Shown here: one piece after another, positions 39,670-52,782 of the stretch | How the letters are laid out: each line of letters begins with the position of its first letter | Numbering within the stretch: the stretch's first letter is position 1 | Assembly (NCBI GenBank): GCA_030141605.1 | Contig: JAQGDQ010000103.1 | Span: 186,001-250,000, forward strand | DNA from: Tubiluchus corallicola | Taxonomy: Eukaryota > Animalia > Priapulida | Reading direction: 5' to 3' | DNA: 64,000 nt | Notes under the pieces: model-generated | What the model was told of the DNA's origin: nothing | Database searches by the model: none | Seen by the model: only the letters and a program-made list of their open reading frames with translations | Program-made: the position numbers and the translations under genes

Positions 39670-41046
39670 TCGTTGTAGCATGTAGTGTTTTATAGTGCTG
39701 CGTCACACGATGCAGCATACGGTATTATCGTGCCACTATTATAGGATTGTATCATGTTCTGTTATCGTTGTGTTCTGTCAAGCCACATGTAGTCCCGGTT
39801 TTCGCGAAGTATCCGAGTGTGGAGTTGATTCAACTAGAGTTGAAAAACACGTGACAGAATTCTTCAAAACGGACAGTTCGAATTTTTTGCCGTCTTTGAG
39901 CCAAGCTTTTCGCGATTTCAAAAGCAAAATTTAAAATGGGTTACGTTTACTTATCAAAAATCGTGTTCGGGGATTTGTAATTTTTTACTGTATAGTGGTG
40001 CCTTTTCTTAAGTGGTGCAGAAAACAAGCTCGACAAAACTGAATTCAGGAAAACAAGTTATGTGACAAAATCTTTTAGCTGATTTTCACAAGACGTGCCA
40101 ACATTTTTATACTCCAGACGAATTGCCGTTACGAGTATTAACCCGCGAAACATGCTAACAGTCTTGATTGCGTCTATTGGCGTTAATGGCAAATTATAGA
40201 CCCAGATCCATTTGGCAGGAGCATTAAAAGCAAGTAGAAATCATAGGCAGACTGTTGCATTATGTATCACTTGCGCATTAACTTTGCTTAAAGAGACTCA
40301 CGGCGCGCTTAAATGATCTGATTATTCCTAAGAGAACTTAGAACAAAAGCATAATCCAGCAGTTAGCAATAAACTATAAGTATTACTTTTGTAATATGAT
40401 TCTTAAGACTATGAACCAGTCCTTACTTTTTTATTTCCTTAAAGCACAATACACCCTTTACTTGCACAAAGCTAAAAAAATTCGTCTTGAAATTTTGCAT
40501 CACTTACATACTGCACTATTCCTGTTATTGACTCATTATCAACAACTAAAGCAGTATGTAAGTGACACAAAGTTTCAATAAAATCGTGTTCGGGGATTTG
40601 TAATTTTGGGGATTCGGGGAATCTTAAAACTATGAACCAGTCCTTACTTTTTCATTTCGTTAAAGCGCAATACACCCTTGACTTACATAAAGCTAAAAAT
40701 CATCTTGAAATTTTGTATCAAGTACATACTGCATTATTCCTGTTAATGGCTCATTATCCACGTCAGCAGCGACTCACCACTTTCTTGTAGTTCCAGACGT
40801 CTTGTTTGGGCCTATGGTGATTTGAGAAGCCAGCTGACCTGGAATGCCAGTATAAAAGCCTGTAGAGGTCACTACAGCCTTGATTTCTGACACAGGTGCT
40901 CCTCGGGCGTAGTTCTGTTACTTAGTTTGTTATTTCTTTTTGTGCGGGTGTATTTTGTTCCCTATTTTTATTGGTGCTGATAATAAACTCCGTACAGTGT
41001 AATTTTTGTGTTTTATTTTATGAGAGTTAAATGACATGCTACAACA
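39670..41046 (+). mobile_element. Probable solo LTR (BEL/Pao-like) carrying internal duplications
   Basis: Termini T(C)GTTGTAGCATGT ... ACATGCTACAACA; 5-bp TSD AGTAT/GGTAT; TATAAAA at 40851 and AATAAA at 40982 in U3-R-U5 order. Confidence 0.6.
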
Positions 41047-41399
41047 GGTATATGGTATTAGTTTACAGACATTAACTTAGTTAATTAGCATAACATTTTT
41101 AATTAAAATTAACATTTGTAGTTGAGTAATCAGTTACACAACGATACTAAAATGGATCTTCATGATGCGCAATATCAAGACCGCCGTGCCATCTTGGAGT
41201 TCGACCCCCTGAGTCAAATTCAGTCCAATATTATACATTTTTGATCTACAAAAGCATGGCTTGATAGATCAACCTGTACATGGTCAGTCAAACCGCTATG
41301 TAGGTATTATTAGTATGGGTGTATTATAGGACTCAGTAGCTTTCACTAAACACTTTCAGTGTCATCGTCATTATTGTCACAGTCCTGTTGTCGCCCTCT

Positions 41400-41550
41400 T
41401 GTTGCCGCTATTGTTGTTGTTGTTGTTATTGTTGCTGCTGCTGTTGTTGTTGTCGTGTCGTTGTTATTGCTGTTGTTGTTTTTGTTGTTGTTGTCGTCGT
41501 CGTCGTCGCTGCTGCTGCTGTTGCTGTTGCTGTTTTTGTTTAAGTTGTTA
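41400..41550. repeat. (GTT/GCT/GTC)n compound trinucleotide repeat
   Basis: Directly visible. Confidence 0.9.
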
Positions 41551-41712
41551 TCGCTCCTGGTGTTCCCAAAGCTTTCCCGTTCATAATTCAGTAAAAAGCA
41601 AACACGTTGTTCATTTATAAGGCAACGACAGCATAAGTGGCTATTTAGCAATTTGAAATTACATAAATACAAATAATACACAGAAAAAGCAAATGATGTG
41701 TAAGATATATAT

Positions 41713-41800
41713 ACCGCCAGTCGTGGGACTCGAACGCGCGACTGAGACTTCTGTGCGTATGTGCGTGCGCGACCTTGATAATCCCAACTTGTGAACCAGA
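41713..41800 (-). mobile_element. tRNA-derived SINE head / tRNA-like remnant
   Basis: The minus strand reads TGGTTCACAAGTTGG ... GTCGCGCGTTCGAGTCCCACGAC (B box within a T-arm-like hairpin). Confidence 0.45.
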
Positions 41801-43542
41801 TATTATATCGGCTATTGTGCTTGTAGCAATATCTCAGTCGATTACTGCCGGATTTGGCCATACAGCTCGATGACCGGTCGAACACGGGCTTCTCTGCTAA
41901 TTGCAGCTGTTTGATTTGCAAGAATCCGGACACAGATGTTCGAATAATTCGTCCGGAGATTGTCCGGCACACGACTGTGTAGTGACTGATAGCCTGCTAT
42001 AGTTATAGCATGAACAGAAAATTTAAGCAAATGTATTCAATTGATTGTCTTGCAAGGCGAATTCAGCAGGAGATTTGTGGTAATTAAGGCTGCTAAAACG
42101 CTTGCGTGCGTGCGTGCGTGCGTGATACAATATGGCATGCGGTACTGATGGTGTATCTCCCAGAATTGCAAAGATATGAGAAATTTTTAGAATAGTTGAA
42201 TAAATCCACAATCTTTGAAGTATCATGCCAAACTATACCGAAAATAGAAATGCGAAAAAGTACGGATTAAATCTGGATTTGAACCAGGAACTTAGTTAAC
42301 AGCATTTAATTTTGTTGGTTCTCAGTGGACAACGTTGATGTATTTCATCACTAATAATAACATCAGGTTAAACACCAAAGTTACAAATTAAACATTAAAT
42401 ATTGAAGGCCTATATAACGCCAACGGACATTGAGGTTTCTTAACGCATTTCCATGATTACACAAAGAATTAATAGTTATTATGAAACAAAAGAGACTTAT
42501 AAATTAAACAACTTTTTTCTCGGGAATTTCGAAAACGTGCATTGCCATAAAGATCGTCATGTTTCGCGTCTTTTTGTAGCGAGTGAGCGAGAATGATGTA
42601 CGTAGTACAGAAGGTGTCTTTGGTTATCGATGTTTGTTTACCGATCTTTGGTGACCTCGTGACAGTACTCATTACGTCATTCGTCTCGCGCAAAGAAAAA
42701 TGGTGGTTCTTCAAATATAATACCGCTAACAACGAAGAGACAAAAAAATCAAAAGAAACAAGTTTTACATTATTGAATTGAATATTCGTATTGAGAGTAG
42801 GATTTTAAGTTGTAAAAGCCTATATTATAGTGAGGGTTTAGTTTGATTTTAAGTAACAACAAACATTTAACAAAGGAGGCGATATTTTTTACACAACACG
42901 TGATGTGATGCCATCTTGTGAACGCACTGTGAAACTCGCTGAAATTAACTTTTTACTTTTAACATAATCACTTTTACCTGGAAATATTTTAATCCCAAAA
43001 ACCATTTAACAAAAACAGAAAATTTCGTGTGTAATTAAGCTCAATGTCTACAGCGTTGGCAATTAAAAATACGTGTAAAACTCGCGCGGTTGATTGCGTT
43101 TTAGGTAATGAGGGACGCTGATTATTATGAAGAAGCAGATAATCACCAGACATGCTTTGCCGATAAAATCTCTGGAGAAAAAGACTAAATAAAATGATTA
43201 GCAAAACAACGATGCACTAATTAGTTTAATTGAACTGCAACATATAATCATTATGATGCCTGATTTCTGACTGATATTATGATGCATTGTCACATTAATT
43301 TGATTTCGGGATTTCCTATGCACCTAATATGTCATAACAAAATTTGTTTCATCACGCACACGTATCTGGACACAAATGTGGGCGAAGCTGCCTAACGTCG
43401 GAGCTAATTAGACGCAAAAACTTGTGCCAAATGTTAACAACTTGAATTGCCTTGTGGCATGAAGTGGTTAACCGGCTTCATTAAAAAGTCGGGTTGCCAA
43501 ACGACGAATATCTTACATTATTCTGCATAATTTTCCTTTGAT

Positions 43543-44074
43543 TTAAAAGGAAGGTCGAGTTTTCCAGGCGATTAGACTTATTTCAATATTAAGGGAAAAT
43601 GTTTGAAGGATTTAGTAATAAAACTTCAATAAGTGCCATCTGTAACTAGTAAAATCACTTTAAAGTTGCGATTACTTCATGCTTGAGCGCTCCGATTTTC
43701 AATGCGCATTCTTCTTCCAATGACGTCAATTCGTGAAGTAAAGTAGCACACTGTCACTCTTCACCAAAAGTATAAAAAAAATTTACAAAAAATGAGAATG
43801 CTAATTTTGTAATACTTTTGCATGAACATTACGTAAACTGCAGAAGTTTGAATGAATCAGTTTAATTAAGCAGCGCGCGCTTACGGAAAGCCACAATGCC
43901 CTTACGGAAAGTCTTGAAGTTTCCCAGTTACGGCATGATTCTCAAGTGAATGGCGGCAACCACCGTGCCTGAAAATTTCTATGCAGCAGCAGTACATTTA
44001 AATTTATTCTTTATAGGCATTCTTTGTGAATTTCTATTGTTATAACATGCTGATTGACTTGTCCTTTCCTTTAA
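43543..44074 (-). mobile_element. Kolobok/T2-like MITE family A
   Basis: Reverse complement of 6226-6795; ends GTCCTTTCCT|TTAA. Confidence 0.8.
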
Positions 44075-45278
44075 GTAAGAAGTACTTATTTTGAAGAAAA
44101 TCCATGTGCTCTATCATCATCATCTATTTAAAATGCCCGCTTGCTACACAGCTCAGCAATGAATGCTCTAGCTGGTAAGTATACGCCAAAGTTCTGCAAG
44201 ACCCCCCCCCCCTTATTTCCTTCCATTTCCATGTGTGTTAACCTCAAGTACGACGCAGAAATCGTTCGTCGATTATTAAGCCTGATGTCGATTGTTAATT
44301 GGCTATTAAGTGGGACACAGAGAACGAAGCAAAATTTCGTCAAGTGCAGTAAAAAACTGAGATTGAAGGGAAGTTACTCTTCGATCTGTAATGAATACCA
44401 GTAGAACTAAGCTGTGTCAACTAACACTGATGATGAACAGCGTCTCAGTGATGAAGATCAGCTAAGAGTGATGAAGGTAGTAGTATTACGACTACCCGTG
44501 TGCATTGTATGCTACCTAGGATCTTGCGGGGCCGAACTAGAAAATTGTTAGTGGGGCCCTTTACCCTACAATAGCTAGAGATTGTTGTTTTGTGCTTCGT
44601 GTAGTTCGCCATTTTCAGCTAAAAACGTTGAAGGCTCGAAGCTCCACTGTTAGCCACAGTTATACACTAAAAATTGAAAGCACATATGAAAATTTTGATG
44701 TTTTATAACAAGTCAAGATAATTACTGACATGCTGTTTGTACATAGGCCTTCTAAAAACTGTTTCGGCGTTTTATCCGAGAAATTTTTCAAAATCTATGC
44801 AAAATTAAAATCAATCTATACAAAAGGTTTTTGTGGTGTCATTTTCTAAAGTATAGTATCGCCAAATTATGTAGTCTCTTTTATGAAATTGTTGAATGTA
44901 GGTATGTTTTACTCTATTTTGAAAAACTTGTCGCCTGATAAGACTGACGCGGTGCCCAGTTTGAACAAATCTGTCTAATTGGCTTAAAACCAGCACTGTA
45001 AATGTGTCCTATGCTATAATCGAAGGGTGGCTTATTTTTCTTGATAGCCGAACTTAACCAAAACTACAAACGCAAAATAAGGTGTCAACAGCATTTCCAG
45101 AAATACTTAAATTTTTAGCTACTTTTTGATAACAAACTTTGGGTGGCTGACGCGGTGCCTGCTTTATCGTACTACTCTTGCTCTTTGAGAAAAAGCGTGC
45201 GTGTGACGCTTCTGGACACTTTTCTTATAATAATAAAGAGCACATCAGAATTTGTTACCACTTATAGAATTAAGAACG

Positions 45279-45620
45279 TTAAAGCACAAGAAAACATTTT
45301 TCATAAATAAAGCTCAAGAAATTTGTCTTGAAATTTTCCATCACTTACATACTGTCTTATTGCGTTAGTAGTGATGCTGTACGAAACTTTTAAAAATTTA
45401 AACTCCTGTGAAGGAAGTACCGTTAGACGTAGTTTTTTACCGGTAAATTGTTTGAAACAAGTTTAGACAATATCGTGTAAAATTTGAAATAATCAGAGCA
45501 TTCGCAGCCCACGCTTCGCTAACTAAGCAAAAATTTAAATTACATTGTTACTAAGGTCAATAATGTAGTCAATAACGTGAGCCAGTGGTGCGCACTGGGA
45601 TGGCGGTGCACTGACGTTTT
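45279..45620 (+). mobile_element. Kolobok/T2-like MITE family C, 3'-truncated
   Basis: TTAAAGCACAAGAAAAC start; collinear with 25939-26270. Confidence 0.7.
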
Positions 45621-45649
45621 ATTTTATTACGATTATTCTGTTAAAATAA

Positions 45650-45920
45650 CGTGAGGTGAAGTGAGGTGGGGGGTGAAATGAGGTGAGATGATGTGACGTG
45701 AGATAAGACGAGGTGGGATGGGGTTCTCAAGTGCAGTGAGGTGATGTGGGGTGAGGAAGAGCGTGCAAGTGATAGGAGGTGAGATGAAACAAGTGAGGTG
45801 AGGTGAAGTGAGGTGAGGTGAAATGAAGTAAGGTGAGATGAGGTGAGATAAAGTGAGGTGAGGTAAAGAGAAGTGAGATGAGATAAGGAGGTGAGGTGAA
45901 CTGAGATGAGGTGAGATGGT
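45650..45920. repeat. (GTGAG/ATGAG)n pentanucleotide repeat
   Basis: Directly visible; source of the SHLTS ORFs. Confidence 0.92.
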
Positions 45921-46491
45921 AACACAGGGCATCTGTGTTAAAATTTCCAACTGCAAGATATAAAAATCACTAGTTTTAACCTGGATCAGTGGCAGCCAAG
46001 TTTCTACTGTCAGCGAGTTTTACAAAATTGATTGGCTCTGTTATACTCATTAGTCATTACATTACTCGTATGCCAAGTGTCATTATTCCCAGCAGGATAT
46101 TCTCACGATTACACATGTCTACGCTTTGTGTAACACGAAATCTGATTGATTAAAATGTCAAATATTTGTGACAAAAACGCAGAAATATTAAACGGTATTT
46201 CTCTAAAATTTATAAACTTCTGCAAAATTGAATCAGAATGCTCCTTTATCCCGTCAATGAGTCTCGAACCCAGGTATTTTACAAATGGTGCCCGAGATGA
46301 TAACAGCAATGTCGATTATGATGACAGCGATGACGAAGCGACAGTAATACTGGCGGAAATATTAAACATATTGGGTAAAGGAAGGCATCTTGATCAATAA
46401 GACTGAAGTTCCGTGTTTGAATAAAATAATCTTAAACATGAGAACGATGATTGATCTTAGAGACGTCCATGACGAGGGAAAAAACGATCTC

Positions 46492-46555
<64 letters not shown>

Positions 46556-46620
46556 GTGATGGTAATGATGACGATGACACCAGAAATGATAATGATACTG
46601 ATTATATGATTGATGATTAT
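46492..46620. repeat. (GAT)n microsatellite
   Basis: Directly visible; source of the poly-D/H/S ORFs. Confidence 0.95.
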
Positions 46621-47239
46621 TTTGAACCACCAACCCAAATTTGAACAACTTTGAAAAAGCCTTTGATTAATGAGAGTTTGACACTGATTTCAATTCGTCT
46701 CCTGTGTAAGGCATTCGGAATAACCTTGCTAAGCTCTTTCCACTAATAAAGAACAAAAATAGTTTTCTTTAGTAAACGTCCAATAAAGAGCGCGCACTAA
46801 CGCCCTCTTTCCTAGACGATTTTGTTATCCCACTTTGTTCTTTCTTGAAAAAGTTCATTATCAACATTTTGTGCCGCTGGAAATTTGCCGTCATTTTAGA
46901 GTAAAATAACTACGCGCCAATGTGGAAAATAATAGCTTTCAAGCAAACTACAGTTATTACGCCGCGACGCTAAATATTACTGCTGAACTCTTTGCCATCA
47001 CAAATGATTTTAATGAGTATCAGGCATACAGACGATTCAAGTTGTGCTTCTTGCTGCTATTGCTGCTACAAATTTGATAACGTTGGAGCTAAAACATGTG
47101 TTTGAATATCACAATTTTCGTTGGTAAATTTTTGTTATTTAACGCAACTTCTAAACATGTTGTAAGATCCAACTTTTGCCAGTCAACTTTAGAAATTATT
47201 AGAATTTGTATTCAGACTGCGAGGCAATACCCATTTATT

Positions 47240-47670
47240 TATTGTATTAAGAACCCTTTATAAAATAAACATTATTTTATAAAAAGATGAGACTGACAGG
47301 CTATGTTAGTTCTTAAGGCAGACTATATTGTGAATAGGCAAAATTAATTAAAGTACATCAGTTTACATTGGATAAAATTCACATTACTTACATTAAAAAT
47401 GCATTAAAATAAAAAAAATCAATAAAATATCATAATCACAATCATAAAATTGAAATTTATGAAATTTGGGAGAGATCATTGAACTAGAGTAACAATGTTT
47501 TATAAAATCTATTAAATTTGGAATATTTTAACAAGCAAGTTTCGACTAGCTTCTTACTAAAAACTGATAAACTGGGTGAATTGACAATGTCACTATATAA
47601 CTGAATTCATTCCATATACTACAAATTCTGTTTGAAAAAGCATATTTAAACAAATTCAACCTAGAAATAC
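47240..47670 (-). mobile_element. CR1-type LINE 3' fragment (same family as 2303-2837)
   Basis: Collinear with 2303-2665 (AAAAGATGAGACTG, GGGAGAGATCA, CTAGCTTC..ACTAAAAACTGATA). Confidence 0.82.
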
Positions 47671-47997
47671 ACTGTATAAGAACATTCATCATCATGTCTA
47701 ATCATCACTTGGTTGTTAACTTAAGTAACTGTTTTAACAGATTATCTGTCTATAAAATTTATTGCAATTTTCACATTGTGCTTTTTCTTACAAGAATAGT
47801 CGATCTGATTCTAAGGCCTAGACCTAGATGTTTTTATGCTAACAATAAATTGTAAGTTCAACACGCCAGACTTAAATATTTTTTTCAAACTTGACGTACT
47901 AATGTTTTTTCAAACTTTATAAGTTTACTAAAACTTACTAGGCAATTGTATTATTTTTATAGCAACTTAAGTTGGTCATTCGTTGAATTTATTCTGA

Positions 47998-48400
47998 TTC
48001 CTTTACTTTAAATCCCAAAGAACATTCCATACAAAATTATATTACTTAGCATTACGCTTACCTGTTTGAAACACTTATGTAATTGGAAAAGAAAATGCTT
48101 AATAATTCAAAGTTTTTGCACCACCTGGTAAAACGTTACTGTATCACCGACCCAGTGTGCACCACTGATTCACGAGAAAAATATAAATGTTACGCAATGT
48201 TATCTAAACTTTAGAATAGTTTCAAACCACTTACGGTTAAACTGGTTGCCCTAACGGTAACCGCGGGAGTTGTTATTTACAAGTTTTGCACAGCGTTACT
48301 GCTAATACAAGCTCTGTATGCAATAAGACAGCATGTAAATGATACAAAATATCAAGAGATTTTTAAACTTTATTTATGGAGTGGTTTCTTGTATTTTAAC
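47998..48400 (-). mobile_element. Kolobok/T2-like MITE family C
   Basis: Reverse complement of 25939-26422 (CCCAGTGTGCACCACTGATTCAC). Confidence 0.72.
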
Positions 48401-48659
48401 ATTATTGCAAACGCTGTCCAATGGAAAAAATAAATAAAATGGTCGTCTTCTTTCATCTCGCCCAACAAAACCACAGAAAACAAACCCCAAAAGATACAAA
48501 AGTAAAATATATGCCTACCTTTTTGAACCAAAAGTTTTTGTAGTCGAATTCCGAAAAGCTCTATTTCTTCACAAAATTCTGTGCTTAGAAATATGTAGTA
48601 ATGATATTTTTTTATACAGTAAATGAGTTTTTGGAAAAAAACAGCCGTCCAATTTCAGT

Positions 48660-48950
48660 GAAAAGTGCGGACAATTCACGTACCTCGCAAGTTTGACTTC
48701 AACGCGGTGCGGTAATAAACCGAGAAGCCTTATCTTCCTTGTGCGCATGCTCCTGGACTGAGTTTTCGCGATGTACCGCAAAAAGATTCCAGCGCGCATG
48801 CGCGCGAAGCCAGTTATTCGGCAGAGTTGCGGCGATTAGTCGTATAAGCGTAATGATATTTTCTGTCCCTTGTGTGTATCTTGGAGCAGACGGCGGAAAT
48901 AAATCTGGACTCAGCGGGTAGTAAATCTAACACGAACGCATTTTCGCGAT
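48660..48950. promoter_or_regulatory. CpG-rich island with NRF1/Ewg-type GCGCATGCGC palindrome
   Basis: GCGCGCATGCGCGC at 48792-48805 and TGCGCATGCT at ~48742 in a local GC peak. Could also be a TE interior. Confidence 0.3.
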
Positions 48951-50900
48951 TTTGTCTTAGCAAAATAGTTTGGAAAAGGTTTAAAAACTTGTATAAATAA
49001 TAAAAAATTTGAGGGAAAGTCAAGTTGCAAGCGACTGCATTGCACTTCAATAGAGGCATCGGGTAAAACTACGAGAAGAAACAGCAAAATCAGTTCTCCA
49101 TAAACGACTATTATGGCTTAGGAACAACTGTAGAGGCATTATTATCATTATAACCCTTTATTTTGAACATATAAACATATACATATGTACGGCACCCTCT
49201 ATTTGCAGAGCTATGATAGTTAACAGTATTTACATGTCATTTTTACAATTTACAGTATAGCTAATTAATTGTTAATTTCCTACAGTTTATGAACACACAA
49301 AAATAAAATCTCCAATGCAATTCTGTATAGTGTTAACTGACGCTTTGAGAAGATCATCTAGTCATAAAACATTGTCTGATTGTCTTCCCACTTCTTACTA
49401 TATTGAAACTACTAAATGCAAATCTCAGCAAATGTGCAAATATGTATGTGGCATTGTTGGCTCTTCGGTCTACAAGCAGTTATTTTTATCGTACTTTTTT
49501 GTTAGATAAGGTACTTACCACAGCAGTTTTACTTTTTATAAAGAAACTGTGCTATATCTGTAACACTTGGCCTGTTTTTGATTATTTAAATTTACAGTTA
49601 GTAATTTAAACCTTACTCTTGGTTCACACAAATGGGCAATAAAGATGAAGCTGTAGTCAAGTCATCACCTATTTGTTCTATATGTTCTATACATGTAGTA
49701 CAAAGATTTTATTATTCATATATATTTCCATCACAGCTTGGTAGAGAATACTACAACAAGTTTTTTTCAATAGCATCTAAAACTGCTTATTAAAAATTTC
49801 GCGAACTGATATAAAAAATAATAATCTTCAATCTTTCTTTACTCCTCATAACCAGTATGTTTGAACAATAATTGCAAAACAAACAAAAAGAAACAGCTTG
49901 TTTATTTCAGAAGCAAGCTATTTGACTCAAACAAAAATGCATATGTAAGACAGTATATTTCTTCACAAATGTAAGTACATTTTTTTGCAAAAACACATCA
50001 GCAAGAATTAATATAACATTTTTTATAAACGTATTTATTTTCCATCACCTTTAATATACAGAATAAAACTGATTAACATACATTAGGAATTGGTAAGTAC
50101 TGTAATACAAAGCTGAGACATTTATAATTAGATATAGATACCTATACTTTAATAGTGACAGTACATCAAGTGCAATGCAAAAAGTTAAATTGACGTTTAC
50201 TGAGTCGGCTTAAAGCTCTTATAAATTCCTGCGTTAAATCAAAAATGGTTTTATTTTGGTCAAGATCGAAAAGTAAGTTACAGTGTAATGTAGTATAAGG
50301 ATTTTAGTTTCGATGTTTAATTCATAAATATTAACTGGGAGATAGTTTGAATTATACAGGTTAAATAACATTTACAAGACAGACTTACATTTTATTACAT
50401 GCCAGTAAAAAATATACAATTACAAACAACAAATGTTAGGCTTCGTTAAATAAAAGAATAACCATTAAGCAAATCTAGTGTTAACCCAGTTGAAAACTAA
50501 CTTATCCACTCAGAACAGAGCTTTGCACACTGGTACCTTTAGTAAATGCATTAGTACAGCCGCTCCAGCATGTATTTTACTTTTTATCATTATGCTCGTT
50601 AAAATTTTAAATAAAGGAAACCATATGCAACTTTTACAATTTCCAGCAAAACTGCTGTCAAAATTAAAAAAGTAGGCCCTACATATGTGTTATTTCATAT
50701 TTACATGTTAACAATTTAACTTTTGTTTCTTTATGGAGAGGTAACAGAAATGTTTTCCTACTTTGGTGGTTATGTATAAATTATTTGCTACATTTAAATC
50801 TCTATTGTGGTCTTCAACCATGTAAACCTTACAGTAGTGGTAACTTAATAGTTAAAAGCAAAAATACAGGTTTTTAAATTTAAAACAAAAACAAAATTAA

Positions 50901-50906
50901 TTTATT
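50901..50906 (-). terminator. Candidate polyadenylation signal of gene A
   Basis: AATAAA on the minus strand ~30 nt past the stop codon; further AATAAA hexamers occur down to ~49160. Confidence 0.4.
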
Positions 50907-50936
50907 TCTTAAATGTCAAGCAAATTTTGCATTAAT

Positions 50937-51108
50937 TTAAGTTTTGTGAGGTTTGCTGTCTGTTCTGTAATTTACTGCATCGGTAGTCTTCACGGTACAA
51001 ATTAAATCTTCAAAATGCTTTACATATCTCATGTCGTAGTTGATATAATCCTGGCACGAAGGCAGCGTGAACAAGTCTTTAACTGTATCAAGTACATCAG
51101 ATATAATC
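50937..51108 (-). CDS. Gene A exon 5 (last): (K)IISDVLDTVKDLFTLPSCQDYINYDMRYVKHFEDLICTVKTTDAVNYRTDSKPHKT*
   Basis: Acceptor atttgtttttAG, phase 2 matching exon 4, open to TAA at 50939-50937. Confidence 0.85.
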
Positions 51109-51792
51109 CTAAAAACAAATGTTCGGTTAATATCATGTAATTATAGTGAACACTTTAAACTGTTGATACACCAATAATTGCTCTTACATATTGAATTCAA
51201 TTGCTTTAAAAAATGCCTGCTCACTGTCCATATTTAAAAAATTATATAAATCATACTTACTTGCTTGCTTACTTACTGATATAACTCAATCATGACTTTG
51301 TTTTGTTTTTCATTTTCAACAACTTGCCTTCTAGGATAATAATCTAGGTGGTAGTTCCCTTCTGTATGTATATCTGCAGTGCACACATCCATATATCTAA
51401 TCAAGTGTTGCCTCCTCCACAAATGCTTAGCGAATGTGTTAAAACATTTATCATTTCTTTGTACCATACACCAGTTTATATCGTAATTATAAAATACTAC
51501 TAACGCCCACTGCAATTCTAACTATCAACAACATGTTGTTAATTTTATATACTCACTACTAATTCTATTGGCCTAACGTATGCTTGCTTCCTAGGTCTCT
51601 AGCGCAGAGTTTAAGAATTCTATTTTAATTTTGTTGTATTAACGAAAATTTGATTTATAAATGTACTGGTGATGCATAAGTATTTGTTTTTATGCGGAAT
51701 AAAAATGGTTTGAATTAATTTAACCGTGCTATAGTGCTAAGAAAAGAAGTAAAGAAGAAGAAGCAAATAATTTTTTGTTATGCCAAACTTAC

Positions 51793-51922
51793 TTGCAGTC
51801 ATCTATAGACAAAGGATTGCCATGTGTTAACCAATTGATCTGCAACAGCTTTGCAGCCTGTTCTTGTATTTTCGCGGTTCCCTCATCACCAAATGCTGAT
51901 ATGCAGGCCATTGTCGATTGAA
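51793..51922 (-). CDS. Gene A exon 4: (F)QSTMACISAFGDEGTAKIQEQAAKLLQINWLTHGNPLSIDDC(K)
   Basis: tattcaacttgcAG acceptor, GTAAGT donor, phase 1->2, open frame. Confidence 0.85.
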
Positions 51923-52327
51923 CTGCAAGTTGAATATGCATAAGTTTTTTTTTTCAAATCAGCATCGATAAAAGCTGCAAGAATGTTTACAACATTTTTA
52001 TAAAAAAAAGCTTCAGACAAATGTTTCCTCGTCTCAGCCACAATAAAAAATTGAAACTGACAAAGCATGATAGGAGAAATTGTTAAGAGACTGTTAACAC
52101 TGTATTTACCATGATGGAATTATATTATTACACACACATTCCAAAAATCAAAATTACATCTAAAATGATACACACATTATTGCAACATGCATGTATGATA
52201 CTGCTACGTCACCAATTTGTTTCTGTTGAAACTATGAAAATAAAGTTTCAAAGCAACTTACTGACACAAAACTTTATTTTTACTATACTTTTGCACAAAA
52301 AAGCCTCTTAATATTTAAAATACTTAC

Positions 52328-52596
52328 ATTTTCCATCACTCAAGAGGTAAGCAGGATCAGTAAAACATTGATCTTTTGTAGCCACAAATAAAACTGATGT
52401 GTAGAATTTTAAATCAGCAACAGTGACTTCATTAATAATGTGATTCAGCTCGTCTGGAAGGTATTCCAAACCCAGGTTTGACTTCATTTCTTCTGGAAAA
52501 GCTTTAAGTATGTCTCCAACAAATTTGTCATCATCTTTGCATTTGGCAACCTTCAACAAACCTTCCAAACAATCCGGAAACGGTTCAACTACGCCT
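52328..52596 (-). CDS. Gene A exon 3: (R)GVVEPFPDCLEGLLKVAKCKDDDK...TDPAYLLSDGK
   Basis: ORF 52308..52607; taattgttttgcAG acceptor, GTAAGT donor, phase 2->1. Confidence 0.9.
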
Positions 52597-52626
52597 CTGC
52601 AAAACAATTAACGCATTTTTAAAAAG

Positions 52627-52746
52627 ATATTCATAACTTGGTGAGACATGTAAAAACCCAATGATAAAATTTTGCATTACATTATATATATATAATGTAA
52701 TGCAAAATTTTATCATTGGGTTTTTACATGCCTCACCAAGTTATGA

Positions 52747-52750
<4 letters not shown>
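52627..52750. repeat. 124-bp near-perfect palindrome (62-bp arms, no spacer) in gene A intron 2
   Basis: ATATTCATAACTTGGTGAG..TTACATTATATA|TATATAATGTAA..CTCACCAAGTTATGAATAT; single mismatch 52646 A / 52731 C. Confidence 0.95.

Positions 52751-52782
<32 letters not shown>

Noticed and set aside
41346-41972. 208-aa ORF
   Set aside because: It spans a trinucleotide repeat and a SINE-like remnant; no coherent protein features or splice signals.
42617-42640. miR-9-like TCTTTGGTTATC
   Set aside because: Only the first 12 nt match and no complementary star arm is visible.
46146-46648. Acidic, poly-His and poly-Ser ORFs
   Set aside because: Produced by (GAT)n; no supporting splice structure found.
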